Positions 37,606 through 50,244 of a stretch of 64,000 nucleotides of DNA are shown piece by piece. The number at the start of each line of letters is the position of its first letter. Position 1 is the stretch's first letter. A program made the translations under genes and the position numbers. A model generated the notes under the pieces. The model did not search any database. It was given only the letters and a program-made list of their open reading frames with translations, and was not told the origin of the DNA. Source of the DNA: Hemiscyllium ocellatum (taxonomy: Eukaryota); NCBI RefSeq assembly GCF_020745735.1, contig NW_026867863.1:800504-864503 (forward strand), given 5' to 3'.

Positions 37606-37623
37606 CTCATGTAAATACATGAA
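37606..37623 (+). promoter_or_regulatory. Octamer-like ATGTAAAT palindrome, ~200 bp upstream of leader B
   Basis: CTCATGTA-AA-TACATGAA. Confidence 0.5.
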
Positions 37624-37817
37624 CCCATCTTTTCGGGCTGTGCAAGCTGATACCAGGATCCGGTCTCAGACTCCAACTGGAAACCAAGAGTCGGAAGCTG
37701 TCAGCCTGCCCCTTCTGATGGCCACATAAATCCTGGGCACTGGACCGTAATTCAACACGCCTGGATCGGCTTTGTTTAGAAAGATCTTGACAGAATATTT
37801 TCTCACAATTTATCAGA

Positions 37818-37866
37818 ATGATTGTATCGACAATTTTTCTCAGTTTGTTACTGATTTTCTTATCAT
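37818..37866 (+). CDS. IGHV: VH leader exon (MIVSTIFLSLLLIFLS), intact
   Basis: ATG, hydrophobic core, phase-1 donor T|GTGAGT. Confidence 0.92.
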
Positions 37867-37993
37867 GTGAGTGTTTTTTGTTCAAGTCTTTCTTTGATAC
37901 TGTCTCAATGTTAGTCTACCTCAGGAATGTCAAAGACTCAGCCATCATTTCATCAGCGTTAATGTTGCAATTTAATTTGTTTTCTTTTCAAAG

Positions 37994-38315
37994 GTGTCCA
38001 GTCAGAGGTTGTTTTGACTCAGCCAGAGGCAGAGACTGGCCCTCCTGCTGGTAGCCTGAGACTGACCTGTAAAACCAGCGGGTTCAATCTTGGCAGCAGC
38101 TACATGCACTGGGTCCGACAAGTTCCCGGCAAGGGCCTGGAATGGCTGCTGTACTACTATACTTCAGTCGACAAAAACTATGCACCAGCGATATTGGGCC
38201 GATTTACTGCGTCCAAAGAGACTTCAGACAACATTTTTGTGTTGAACATGGGAAACCTGAAGATCTAAGACACGGCCATCTATTACTGCGCAAGAGCAGT
38301 GGGTAGGTGGATATT
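37994..38315 (+). pseudogene. IGHV: VH exon with germline-fused D sequence; one TAA in FR3
   Basis: (C)[52 protein letters not shown]...[38 protein letters not shown]; no V 23-RSS after YYCAR. Confidence 0.95.
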
Positions 38316-38343
38316 CACTGCAATTATGATCGATACAAAAACC
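38316..38343 (+). promoter_or_regulatory. D 3' 12-RSS
   Basis: CACTGCA-ATTATGATCGAT (12)-ACAAAAACC (consensus nonamer). Confidence 0.9.
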
Positions 38344-38651
38344 TTTCAGACCCTATTGTTTGCAACACGTCAGTGATTATTTCTACAAACCGTCTTAACT
38401 TGCAGTGCAGTATTAGTTCTCTGGGCTTCTGTGCATGTTTAATTTGTAAAAGTGGTGATAATTATTGATACACCAATTGGTTATTTTGAGAATCAGCTCA
38501 AGTGTTACTCTGTGAAATATAAAACAACATAAAAATTTATTAAGAATGATCAGAATTCACTAGCGCATGTGATGTAGCTTCATTGTGACTTAATATTGCC
38601 AGTGGTTCCGAAAATGTAATGGGAGATTTTTGGATTGTTTTATGCAGAGCT

Positions 38652-38690
38652 AGTTATTATGTGGCCCAGTGCAGACAATGTAACACTGTG
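38652..38690 (+). promoter_or_regulatory. J 23-RSS
   Basis: AGTTATTAT (6/9 match)-23 nt-CACTGTG (consensus heptamer). Confidence 0.85.
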
Positions 38691-38738
38691 CCTATCTTGA
38701 TGACTGGGGCCAAGGGACCATGGTGACAGTGACTTCAG
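38691..38738 (+). CDS. IGHJ: JH segment (YLDDWGQGTMVTVTS), intact
   Basis: WGxG motif, donor G|GTGAGA. Confidence 0.95.
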
Positions 38739-39249
38739 GTGAGAATTTTAACCTTAACTGTGATTTTTTAAAAACTTTCCATTCATGTGATTAATTTCTG
38801 TATTAAATGAAACTCATATTCTGTCTTGAGTTTGGTTTGGTTCGGAATAATTTTTGTTCAGGCTGATTATAGACTTCAGTTAAGGCTCAGCAAGTGGTTA
38901 TAATGGTTGTGACGGAGTCAGTTACTCTGAGTGTCTCTTTGTTTCGATCCGATGGGCTTTCAGTGTGGCTGGGTTACTTAATGTCTCTTAATCAGTCAGG
39001 TATAAATAATGTTTAACGACAGTGACACTGGGACTATCGGTTTTCTTATCGACAACAAATGCTAAGAAGTTGAAGATGTTCAAAATATTACCAAACATGA
39101 TTAAAAATGCTAAAATATCATTATCCATTTCTTGAATATATTTCCTGTACACATTATGTTCTTACCATGATTATATTTTCACCTTTATTTTGCTAATTTT
39201 GTTGATGACAAGCAGGTTAGAAACTGTCATAATTTTTTGCAGGGCTATG

Positions 39250-39550
39250 TTTCATTCTGTTGATTGAGATTCTAAGATCGTTTGACTTGATTCTGTTGAA
39301 TTGAGTTGTTCGGATTTTAAATTTGTTTCAGTTGATTCGGTTGAAATGAGTTGATTGGATTCTGACTGTGCTCTTACTTAGTTTTGCTGAAGTGTGTTGA
39401 TTGAATTTTGAAATTGTTTTATTTGGTTCTGTTGAATTGAATTGGTGAGATTCTGATTATGTTTCATTTAAGTCTGTTGTTTTCAATTGATTGGATTCTG
39501 GTTTTATTTTCCTCGAATCTGTTGAATTGAGTTGATTGGATTCTTATTCA
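39250..39550 (+). repeat. Degenerate ~90-bp tandem array in J-C intron of cluster B
   Basis: Core GATTCTGTTGAATTGAGTTGATTGGATTCT near 39289, 39334, 39426 and 39515. Confidence 0.75.
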
Positions 39551-41117
39551 GTTTGTGCAATTGATCTGTGTTTTCATGCTTTCTGTAATTGGTGTTTTCT
39601 TTCTGGCGATAAGATGGTCTCTCTGGATTACTTTTAATTGAAAATCTTTGTGAAGTTCTTTGGTTTTCCTGAATCGTTTCGGCATTTGTTAAATTTGTAT
39701 GCCATTTTTAACTCAGCTTGATTGAAAAATTTGCATCTGTTTGTAACTGTCTGAAAACCAACTTAAGGCAGAAATAAAGAAGCGCGAGGAATGAAAAACT
39801 TGACTTTTTAATACAGTGGTGATTTTTTTTAAAAATCGCATTTCTAATTGTAAATTAACCGAATTTTGTTTTCAGTCGGTTCATTCAAAATAAAATTTGG
39901 GACTAAATTCTGCAACTGCAGAATTGCTCAGTTCACAAAATTGAAACTAACTTACTACAATATTATATTTTTTATATTGTCTTAATATTTTTCCATTAGA
40001 GAAATTTTGTTTTGTCCTTAAAGAGATTAATCATTATATGCCTAAAAATGCTGCACTAGATTGTCATGATCATCAAGGGTGTACAGTTGGGAAATAAATC
40101 TAACCTTTGCCGGAAAAGTTACAGCTTTAAATGTTACGTCCCCTCACAAACAAAACTGATGTTATGACTTGTTACTATTTGTTCAATTTAATCATTAATT
40201 TACTTGATTCTGAGCAGTTCTGTTAGACTTCAGTTCGGGTTTTCTTGTGAGGTTACATCATGTTCTTGGTTCTGTTGAAACTGTTTGCAGTGCTAGCTCT
40301 GCTGCAAACACATCGTGTTGTCATTTGTTGATCTTTGCTATGTTGAGTATTCTACATTGTTATTGCACTGTTCACATGATTTCTGTCAGTGAACCGCTCC
40401 AGTTTCCTCTTTCTCATTCAATGCAATCAGCATGCCAAATGAAACTTCACAAAGCTTGACGTTACGTGAAAGGTAAGTCGCAGGGTTTTGGAAATGAAGG
40501 GAAAACAGATACCTTCAGGCGCGATTCTTAACGAGAAGTAATAATTAAAGATTAACCTAATCCACTCTTTACAATCCACGTTCAGAACTCAACTACATAG
40601 TTAAACCACAATGTCTATCTTTAAACAGTTTAACAAGTCATAGAGAAATATAAATTGAATTTCAAAAGTATAATATTCCAGAAGTTGTTACCTTTGCAAA
40701 CAAAATCCTTAACTGTGGTTATAATTGATCAAGAAATGCCTTTCCATTCTGCTGTATATTACACACAAGTTTTCTGGCTGGAAAATATGATTGGCAAAGA
40801 CAATTTGGAAATTCTGCTCAATTCGATGAACAACAGATCAATTTCACTGCTTTGATCGGTTTCACAAGTAATCTGAGTCCTGAGTCAATTAATTGTTCTA
40901 GCCCTGATTAAACTGGGTTTGCTGTGAAAAATGAAACCTGAGTAATTTAATCTGCACAGTGATTTAGGTATCCCCAATCCCTACTTTTTAAATAAATAGT
41001 TACATTTTACAGCACAATATCAACTGAAGAGTCATTCTTTTGGAAACAACTACTATAGTGAATTGGTGACCAAGGCCAAATTTCGAATTAATTGAAATAA
41101 TCCACTTATGAACTCGG

Positions 41118-41470
41118 AGGGCAGCATCATGGCTCAGTGGTTAGCATTGATGCTTCACATCGCCGGGATCCCAGGTTCGATTTTACCCTCGGGTAACTAT
41201 CTGTACGGACTTTGCACATTCGCCCCGTGTCTGCGTCGGCTTTCTCCAGGTGTTCCGGTTTCCTTCCACAGCCTGAAAATGGGCAGGTTAGGTGAATTGG
41301 CAGTGTTGCTTTGCACATAGTGTTCAGGAATGTGCATATTTAGGGTGCATTCGGTGGGGTAAATATGGGTTGGGTAAATGGGTTTTCGTGGGCTCCATAT
41401 TGCTCGGGCGATCGGTGTGGAATTGTTAGGCCAAATGGCCTGTTTCCAATATGTTGGAAATGTACTCTAA
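41118..41470 (+). mobile_element. HE1-like SINE
   Basis: GGGCAGCATCATGGCTCAGTGGTTAGCATTG head; counterpart 17170-17530. Confidence 0.8.
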
Positions 41471-41734
41471 AACAATGGAAGTACTTGCTGCAAAAGCAGA
41501 GAATTTATTTCCCATCGATGTATTTAGACATATGCGGAGTTCATAAATTTGCAGAAGACATGAACTAGAGGATAACAGAGTACATTGTTTGAACTCGAGG
41601 ATAACAGGGCACATTGTTTATTCAAACGCTGAAAATAGAGTATTTTTTTTAATCAATATACTTGACCGATTATTGCAATGTAGCAATCTGAAGGAGACTG
41701 CTCACGTTAGTTAAGTATGATGATTATTTAGATT

Positions 41735-42045
41735 TGATTTCCTATAGTATATATTGGGCCATTTGACCCTACAAGGCCACACCGATCCTGTGAAGAGCAA
41801 CCCACCCAGACCCATTCCCCTACCCTATATTTACCCTTGAGTAATGCACCTAACACCATGGACAATATAGCACGACCAGTTCACCTGACGGGCACATCCT
41901 TGAATTGTGGGAGGATTCCCACGCAGCCAAAGTAGAAACTGTGTAAACTCCACAGAGACAGTCACCCGAGGCTGAAACCGAACCCCGGTACCTGGATCTG
42001 TGAGGCAGCAGTGCGCAACACAAATCCACCGCTCTGCCCACATTT
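41735..42045 (-). mobile_element. HE1-like SINE
   Basis: Counterpart 16650-16965. Confidence 0.75.
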
Positions 42046-45000
42046 ACTTAGCCACTCAGTTAAAGCGGGCAACTCCAGAGAGAAGCATGTTTTCAATTCA
42101 CACTTTTTTAAAAAAAAAACATTTTCGTACATGAAAAGCTGCTAACAAGAAAATGAATTTGCCCTAATTTCTTCAACAGACATGCATTTCCACACTGTAA
42201 TGCAGGACTAACGTCATGCAGTTCATGTAAAATCTCCACAGTTCAAGAAATGCTTTCAGATATGTAAAAACTATTTGGAGTATTATCCATTTCCTCCGGA
42301 GCTTTGCATTAATTGTTGACATATCTCACCATTGCTAATTACAACGACTTATTAAGTTTATTGACTCAGTGATTATCTATGTTCATTGTGAACACGTTCT
42401 CGTTTGCATTAATCCTTTGGTTAGTTCCTCTGATGAATGTTCAATTGCAGTGAATACATTGGATGTGAGGAATTGAGCAGATATATCTGCTAACATACAG
42501 ATTGTTGTACATTTCGTTTCAGTGTTATCTCCGACTAACTTGTCAACGGGTCCTGACCATTTGTAAATTGTCTGGTTTGGGTACCTGAATTTTCGATAGT
42601 TCAATTTTATCTTGCTCTTCAAATCGACTTTTATCTGCCAGAACTGCAATATTTGATTGGGTGCCTCAGAACTGAGTGCCGTGGCTAAGTTATTCCAATC
42701 AGAACGAATACCACAGTAACAAAAGGCAGGCAGATTCCAAATGTTTTGATATTGGTTCTTGGCAATAAGGGATACTTGATTGAGCGATGAAGAGGGAAAC
42801 ATGTTGATTATTTCCTTTTGTGCCTCAGTTGGTCATGGACATGTAGCACAATGTAGAATCAAAAATTATTTTGCATCTTACTATTTGAAAACCTATTAGC
42901 GTTTAATATCACTGGCAACGGTCATAATGCATTTCAAAACATTTTCATCTATATCAAACTAAGTAGACCACGTGGGGCAGCAACATTCATAGGGGTTCTA
43001 GGGAAGGGAATTCTAGGTTAAAATCCAGTGTCAGTGAATTGATGGTAATGTAATCCCACTTTTTATTCCTCAGAGAATTTGGACAATTCGGAGCTGCTGT
43101 CAAAGTATTCTTTGATAATTGTTGCAATGTTACTTTCGTGTACAAACTTTCTGGAACAATCCCTTGTTGTTGGAAAGTATCAATACTTAACATCGTGTAT
43201 GTACTGTCAAACAGGTGGGCTGTCTTCTCTGAGATAGTGTGAAGCTCATTGTGTTCAGGTCTGCTGTGATATTATTGTAGTGTGCCTGACTCCATGGCAA
43301 GCGGCCTGTGTTCACTTACAGCCTGGTTGAGAAGTATAAAATACCAACTCTTATCCGGTTAATTCTGGGCAAAAAAGCAGATTGAGTTGTTAGTGTGTTT
43401 GTTGGAGTTCCACTCACAGAGGCAGGTGAAATCTATTTCATCTCTGTCCTGACTTGTATCTCTTAGATATTAAACAAAACTTTGGCGTTTAGCAGCTTTT
43501 TCGAGATCAATATTTGTTCACAAGATTTTGAGCACATCTAGCTGGGGTTAATCGAGTAAGTCCTTTAATAATTCCCAGCTTTATAACTGCTGTTCAAATA
43601 ATATCACGTATAACTAATCCAGAATGTATTGTTTTGAAGCATAATTGATGAGATTATGCCTAGGTTGTTTTACTTTATATTAAACTGGTGCTGTGGCTGA
43701 ATATGATTGTTCAGTACAATGGGGGTTCCGCTGATTCCAACACTTGCATCATATGGTGATAGCTTTTCAAGTGGTCTTCAATTGTTATCTCGGCTCATCC
43801 ACTACCTCTGCTAAGAATGCTTTTCTCACTGCAGTCAAGCAAACGTAACCGCTGTCTAACTCAACAGGTGTGAGTTCTTGTGCCAATAGCATGAAAACAA
43901 TTTCCTGAAGCGGGAGGGGATGGGGTAGCGGGGTGAGGGGTGTCTCTCGACGTGAAACGTTAACCTCGCTTTCTCTCCACAGGAGCTGCCAGACCTGCTG
44001 AGTTTCTTCAGAAATTTCTGTCTTTATTTTAGTTTTCTAGTATTCCAAGTTTTTTGATTCATTTCTAAAAATGTTCTGTTCGATTAAACAAGTTCTTCAG
44101 AGAGAAAATGCACTTAAACAAATTGAGAATGTTCAGAGATATTTATTATCAGAGAATCATGTTTTACAAGAAAGCATCATGAAGTAACAGCACACTCCAG
44201 AGTGCAGTGCCTGCTGTATTTGGGTGAGAGTTATTTTGATCAGTCAAGTAGTGAATGTCAGTGCTCCCATTCCAAATACCTGTAATCAACAGAATTACTT
44301 TTTAAAGAATGTGTGAAACAATTAATTTGCTAAAATATTTTAATACAAATTGTTCACCGCCAGTGCTAACCTAACGACTGACACATGATAGGGATGGGGA
44401 GGAGGACAGCACTAAGCCCTCGAGCTGATCCACCACTTACTTATATCATGGTGCATCTGCGCACTAACTGCAGACGCCTCTCTTTGGCTAAAACTCTTTA
44501 CTACCGTTGTTTTGCAAGCAAAGTCTATCCCAAATTTAATGGTTCGACTGCCCATAACAAAGGAAGACACCGTTTTTGAAAGGTATTTCTGTGAGTATTT
44601 AAAGGGACACAATGAGGCTGTAACATCCCAGTCTCGTATTCCACTAATGGTACTTCTTTATTCCAGGAAAGCATAATGTGTGATTGCCGTGCTAAAAATG
44701 AGGGAATCCTCATTTCCATTATATGATTACGAAATAGCTCTGTTAGTTGAGTGAAAACACAGTCAAACCACACAGAATTAAACCATTCAACATGTCACCT
44801 TGTGTGGGCACGCAAGTGCCTCAAATACTTTTCAATTCTTCCGGCGGACAGGTGTGGAAGTATCAAACTTTTATATCGCATTGAAAAACCAGTTGTCCTC
44901 AGCATACTTGAATTGCTGAAGCTCGTGTGGTATTAGCATTCACAGCACTGTTAGAAAGTGAGTCCCATGGCTGTGATTGAGGAAAAGTAAAACGGCAGGG

Positions 45001-45689
45001 AAATAGTTGCAAGTCAAGGTGGAGTCTAATTTGGAGGTAATCATTCAGATGAAGCATTTTCATGCATGCACGCCCTTATCCTCAAAGATCACAATTTTGA
45101 AACATGTTGCCAGGGACATGTTAGAATACAAATTAGAAGCTGAATTAGGCACCTCGGTCACTTTAGAATGCTATTGTATTCATGGGATCATCATAAATCC
45201 TGCTGCTCACCAGTCTTTCCAACAGCCGATAAAATTGAGCCCGATTCTTTACTGTTCAATGAACGAATGGTGAACCATTGGAATTCTCCGCCACTAAATT
45301 GCTTGAGGTTAAAACATTAAGTGATTTCAAGAAGGAGATAGATTCCTTCAATTCTGAAGATATACTACGAGTATGTGGAAAAAAAGACAAACAGGGTACA
45401 ATATCGGTTGAAAGTCATGAGAACGACGAATGGGGCATGGTTTGTAAATTTGCACATGAAACCAAAATTGGTGCTATAATTGGCAATGAACGTTATCTAA
45501 AAGAGATCGTGATCAATTGGGCAATTGGGCAAATGGGCTGAAGAGTTGCAATTGGAGTAGAGATTAAATGAAAACGACCTTTAAAGAAGATAAAGCAGGT
45601 CACAACTTGCAGAGATAATTGTAGGGCACTGGATCGTGTTGTCCAACAGAGAGACCTGGGAGTTCAGAAGCATCGATTCTTACAGCGTC

Positions 45690-47590
45690 ATATAGTCATA
45701 GAGATGTAGAGCAAGGAAATAGACTCTTTGTTCCAACTCGTCCATGCCGACCAGACATCCCACCCCAATCTAGTCCCACCTGCCAGCACATGGCCCATAT
45801 CCCTCCAAACACTTCCTATTCATATAGCCATCCAAATGCCTCTTAAATGTTGCAATTGTATCAGTCTCCACCACTTGCTCTGGCATCTCATTCCATACAC
45901 GTACTACCTTCTGTGTGAAAAAGTTGTCCCTTATGTCTTTTTGTGTCTTTCCCCCTCACCCTAAACCTATTCCCTCTAGTTCTGGACTCCCCGAACCCAG
46001 GAGAAAATAAACTTTGCCTATTTACTCTAACCATGTCCCTCAGGATTTTCTAAACCTGTATAAGTTCAAGCACTAAGTCTCTGAAGTTCCAGGGAAAACA
46101 GCCCCAGCCTGTCCAGCTTCACCCTCTAGCTCACATCCACCAATCCTGGCAACATGCTTGTTAAATCTTTTCTGAACCCTTTCAAGTTCCACATCATCTT
46201 TTCGATAATAAGGAGACCAGAATTGCACACAATGTTCCGACAGTGGCCAAAACAATGTCCTATACAGCCACAACATGTCCTCCCAACTCCTGCATTCAAT
46301 ACTCTGACCAATAAAGGAAAGCATAACAAACGCCTTCTTCACGATTCAATCTACCTGCGACTAGACTTTCAAGGAGGTATTAATGTGCACTCCAAGTTCT
46401 CTATGTTCAGCTACACTCCCTCGGACCTGACCATTAAGTGTAGAATTTCTGCTAAGATTTGCTTTCATAAAATGCAGCACCTCGCATTTATCTGAATTAA
46501 ACTCCATCTGCCACTTCTCAACTCATTGGCCTATCTGGTCAACGACCTGTTGTTTAATGAGATAACCCTCTCCGTTGTCCTCTACACCTCCAATTTGGTG
46601 TCATCAACAAACTTACTAACTGTACCCCTTATGCTGGCATCCAAACCAATTATGTAAATGACAAGAAGTAGAGGCCCCAGTACCGATCCTTGTGGCACTC
46701 AACTGGGAACTGGCCTCAAGTCTGAAAAACAACTCTCCACCAAGACCCTCTATCTTCTACCTTTGAGCAAGTTCTGTATCCAAATGCTGAGTTCTCCCTG
46801 TATTCCGTGAGAGCTAACCTTGTTAATCAGTATCACATGGGGAACCTTGTCAAACGCCTGCCTGAAGTCCATATAGATCACATCTACCACTCTGCCCTCA
46901 TAAATCATTTTTGGTAATTCCTCAAAAAACTCAGTCAAGTTTGTGAGGCAGGCTTTCCCATACACAACATCATGTTGACTATCCCTAATCAGTCCTTGCT
47001 TTTCCAAATCCAGGTACAGCCTGTCCCTCAGGATTCCCTCCAGCAACTTACCCACAACCTACGTCAGACTCACTGGTCTATAGTTCTATGGCATTTCCTC
47101 CATAAACAGTGGCAACACGATAGCCAACCTCCAGTCATCCGGCTCTTCACCTGTAACTATCGTTGATACAAATATCTCATCAAGGGTCCCACAATCACTT
47201 CTCTAGATTCCCACAGAGTTTTAAGCTACACCTGATCAGGTCATATGGATTTATCCATCTTTACCCGTTTCAAGATATCTAGCAATGTCTTTAATAACAT
47301 GGACATTTTACAAGATGTCACTGTGCATTTCCCTATGTCTTTATCTTCAATATCCTTTTTTACAGTAAATATTGACGCAAAATACTCTCGCCATTTTCTG
47401 CGGCTCAACACAAAAGCCACCATGTTGATCATTGAGGGGCCCTATTCTCTCCCTCGTTACTTTTTTGTCCGTAATGTAATTTTAAAAACTCTTCTGATTC
47501 TCCTTAATTCTATTTGCCAAAGCTGTCTCATGTCCCCTTTTTGCACTCCTGATATCCCTCTTAAGTATACTCCTACTTCCTTTATACTCT
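45690..47590 (-). mobile_element. CR1 LINE, RT region to 3' tail
   Basis: LIRDSQH..VYGKACLTNLTEFFEE..VDVIYMDFRQAFDKVPH; HCVQFWSPYYRKDDVELERVQKRF. Confidence 0.9.
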
Positions 47591-47594
47591 CACT

Positions 47595-47990
47595 GGGTAG
47601 TAATGTTGAATACAGGGACCAGGGGGTTCAGATACATAAATTCTTGAAAACATTGCCTCAAGTAGACAGTGTGTTGAAGGTTTGGCACATGCTCCTTCAT
47701 TGGTCAGAGCATTGAGTGCAGGAGTTGAATCTTCTTTCTGTAACTGTACCAGACATTGGAATGAAATGCCGGAGGAAGTGGTAAATGCAGAGACAGGTAC
47801 AACACTTACAAGACATTTGCACAGGTATAGGAATTGGATAGGTTCTGATGGATGTGTGCTCATAGCAGACAAATGGAATTAGTTTAATTTGAAAACACTG
47901 GTCAGCATGGACAAACTGTACTCTGACCAATAAAGGAAAGCATAACAAAGGAAATGTTCTGTGCTATGTGGCTTTATGACTCTATGGCTT
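47595..47990 (+). mobile_element. Rearranged CR1 3' fragment
   Basis: TGGAATGAAATGCCGGAGGAAGTGGTAAATGCAGAGACAGG...GACTCTATG. Confidence 0.65.
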
Positions 47991-48034
47991 CATTGTGCAG
48001 TTTGCTCAACGTTGGTAAGCAAGTGAGGGGATAG

Positions 48035-48280
48035 ATTGGGAGTATGAGATTGTTTGAGTTAGTAGGCTTTGGCTGGCCATTTACCAGTACGGAAAATTTA
48101 GCATTGCCAATTCACCTATCTGCATATTATTGGATTGGGGGAGGAAACCGGAAGAAACCCACGCAAACACGGGCAGAATGTGCAAACACCACACAGAGTC
48201 GCCTGAGGTGGGAATTGAACCCGGGTCTCTGACGCTGCGAGGCAGCAGTGCTAACCACTATGCCACCGTGCTGCCCACAG
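48035..48280 (-). mobile_element. HE1-like SINE
   Basis: Antisense GGGCAGCACGGTGGCATAGTGGTTAGCACTGCTGCCTCGCAGCG head. Confidence 0.8.
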
Positions 48281-48689
48281 TTTCGTCAAATTGTGCTTGG
48301 TAAATGAGGGACCGTTTGAGTTGAAATACAGGAGGTCTATCTTTGCCAAGCTTGTTAGCGGAGAGATCAGCAGAGTGCCACGCTGCTGATTGGAGAGATG
48401 TGCAGGATGCCAGGCTCTTTCGAGAGCAGAAGGTCACTGTAATGCAGTGGCAGGTGGACTTGATGTCAAAATGCAAAGCTCAGAGTCTGGAGAAATGGAA
48501 TGAGGTAAAGGACAAATGCGAAAGGAGCTAGGATGCAGTGTGCACACGTTGACTTGGATAAGATGAGAGATCAGTGACCAAGGGCTGAGGTCATGCCTGG
48601 GTAGTGGGGTTCTGACAGAGGTTGTGAAAATGAGGGTGCCATGTCCAGTCAGGGCCAAATTCAACATGGACAGACGCAGGGTGGCAGCA

Positions 48690-49800
48690 GTGGAATTACA
48701 GGGTCATATAGATGTACAGCATGGCAACAGACCCTTCACGCCACCAAACCATGCCGACCAGATATCCCAACCCAATCTAGTCCCACCTGCCAGCACCCGA
48801 CCCATATTCCTCCAAACCCTTCCTATTCATACACCCATTAAAATTTCTCTTAAATGTTGAAATTGTAACTGCCTCCACAAATTCCTCTGGCAGCTAATTC
48901 CATTTATGGATCACTCTTTCCATGAAAAAATCCCCCCTTAGGTCTCTTTTACATCTTAGCCCTCTCAAGTTAAACCTATGCACTCTTGTTCTGGATTCCC
49001 TGAAACAAAGGAAAAGACTTTGTCTATTTATCCTATCCATGCCCCTCATAATTATATAAACCTCTGGGATTGACATTATGTATCAATCTAGAATGTAGAA
49101 CATGGAACATTAGACTGCAGTACAGTCCCTTCAAGCGTCTATTTCATGCCAACCTGTGAAACCAATCTGAAACCTTTTATCCTCCACTATTTCATTTTCA
49201 CCCATATGTTCATCCAATGACATTTCACATGTCCTCAAATTTCACACATATACTATTGTTGAGACAGTGCCGTCCACACCCTTACTACTCTCTGATTAAA
49301 GAAACTACTTCTGACACCTGTCCTCTACCTATCAGCCTTCAATTTAGGGCTATGTCCCCTCCTGCTAGCCATCATCATCCAAGGAAAAATACTCTCTCTG
49401 CTTACCCTATCTAACCCTCTGATTATCGTATATCTCTCAATTAAGTTACCTCTCAAACTTCTCCACTCAAACAAAAACAGCCTCAAGAACCTCATGCTTT
49501 CCTCATAAAACCTTCCCGCCACAGGAGGCAACATCATGCTTTTGAAACACAGTCCCTCTACTAATGAAAGCCAACTCAATGTATGCCTTCTTAGCAATCC
49601 TATCAACCTGACTGGCTCTATACACATGGACACCGAGGTCTCTCTGCTCATCGACATGACCGATATGGATTGTCTTGGATGTGTTTCTTGTGATAGGGGT
49701 GGTGTATTCCGGGGATGAATGGGTGAATAACCGGAAGGATTTGGCAATGTGAGTGGAAATTTAGGTCTAGACAGCGAGGGAGAGCAGGGCTCAGTCTGAG
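48690..49800 (-). mobile_element. Two adjacent CR1 3' fragments
   Basis: Tails near 48695 and 49100; LFLFEWRSLRGNLIERYTIIRGLDRV; 49330-49800 shared with cluster A. Confidence 0.75.
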
Positions 49801-50244
49801 ACATGATGGTTTTGGTGGTGAACTGCGTGTCAGTTTGAAATGTATTAAAGTTAAAGAGTACTTGTTAATTTTTCAAATCATATTTACGTAAATAGTCAAC
49901 TCAGTTAGTTGTAACCCTTCAAAGCCTTTGAACCCTAATGCTCTTCCATTTTTCAGAGTCCTCCAGAATTCAGATAATTTTAAATTAGAAGTTTCAACTT
50001 TCAGACAATTGACATGAGTCCAGCTATGATAGACTTCCTCCAAGTCCCAGTGCTCAGCTCCTGCCCATGCTGCTGCTGCAGTGACCATCTTTCCTGAGAG
50101 AACATTCTGCCTTGATAAATGAGAAAGAGTCACTGGACCTGAACTGTTCACTCTGATTTCTTTCTAGAAATACTGCCAGCTGTTGGGTTTTTCCAGCAAT
50201 ATCTGATTTCGTTTCTGATTTCATGCAGCACGGTACCTAGTCGG

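Noticed and set aside
40955-40961. CACAGTG heptamer in the cluster B J-C intron
   Set aside because: No nonamer at 12 or 23 bp
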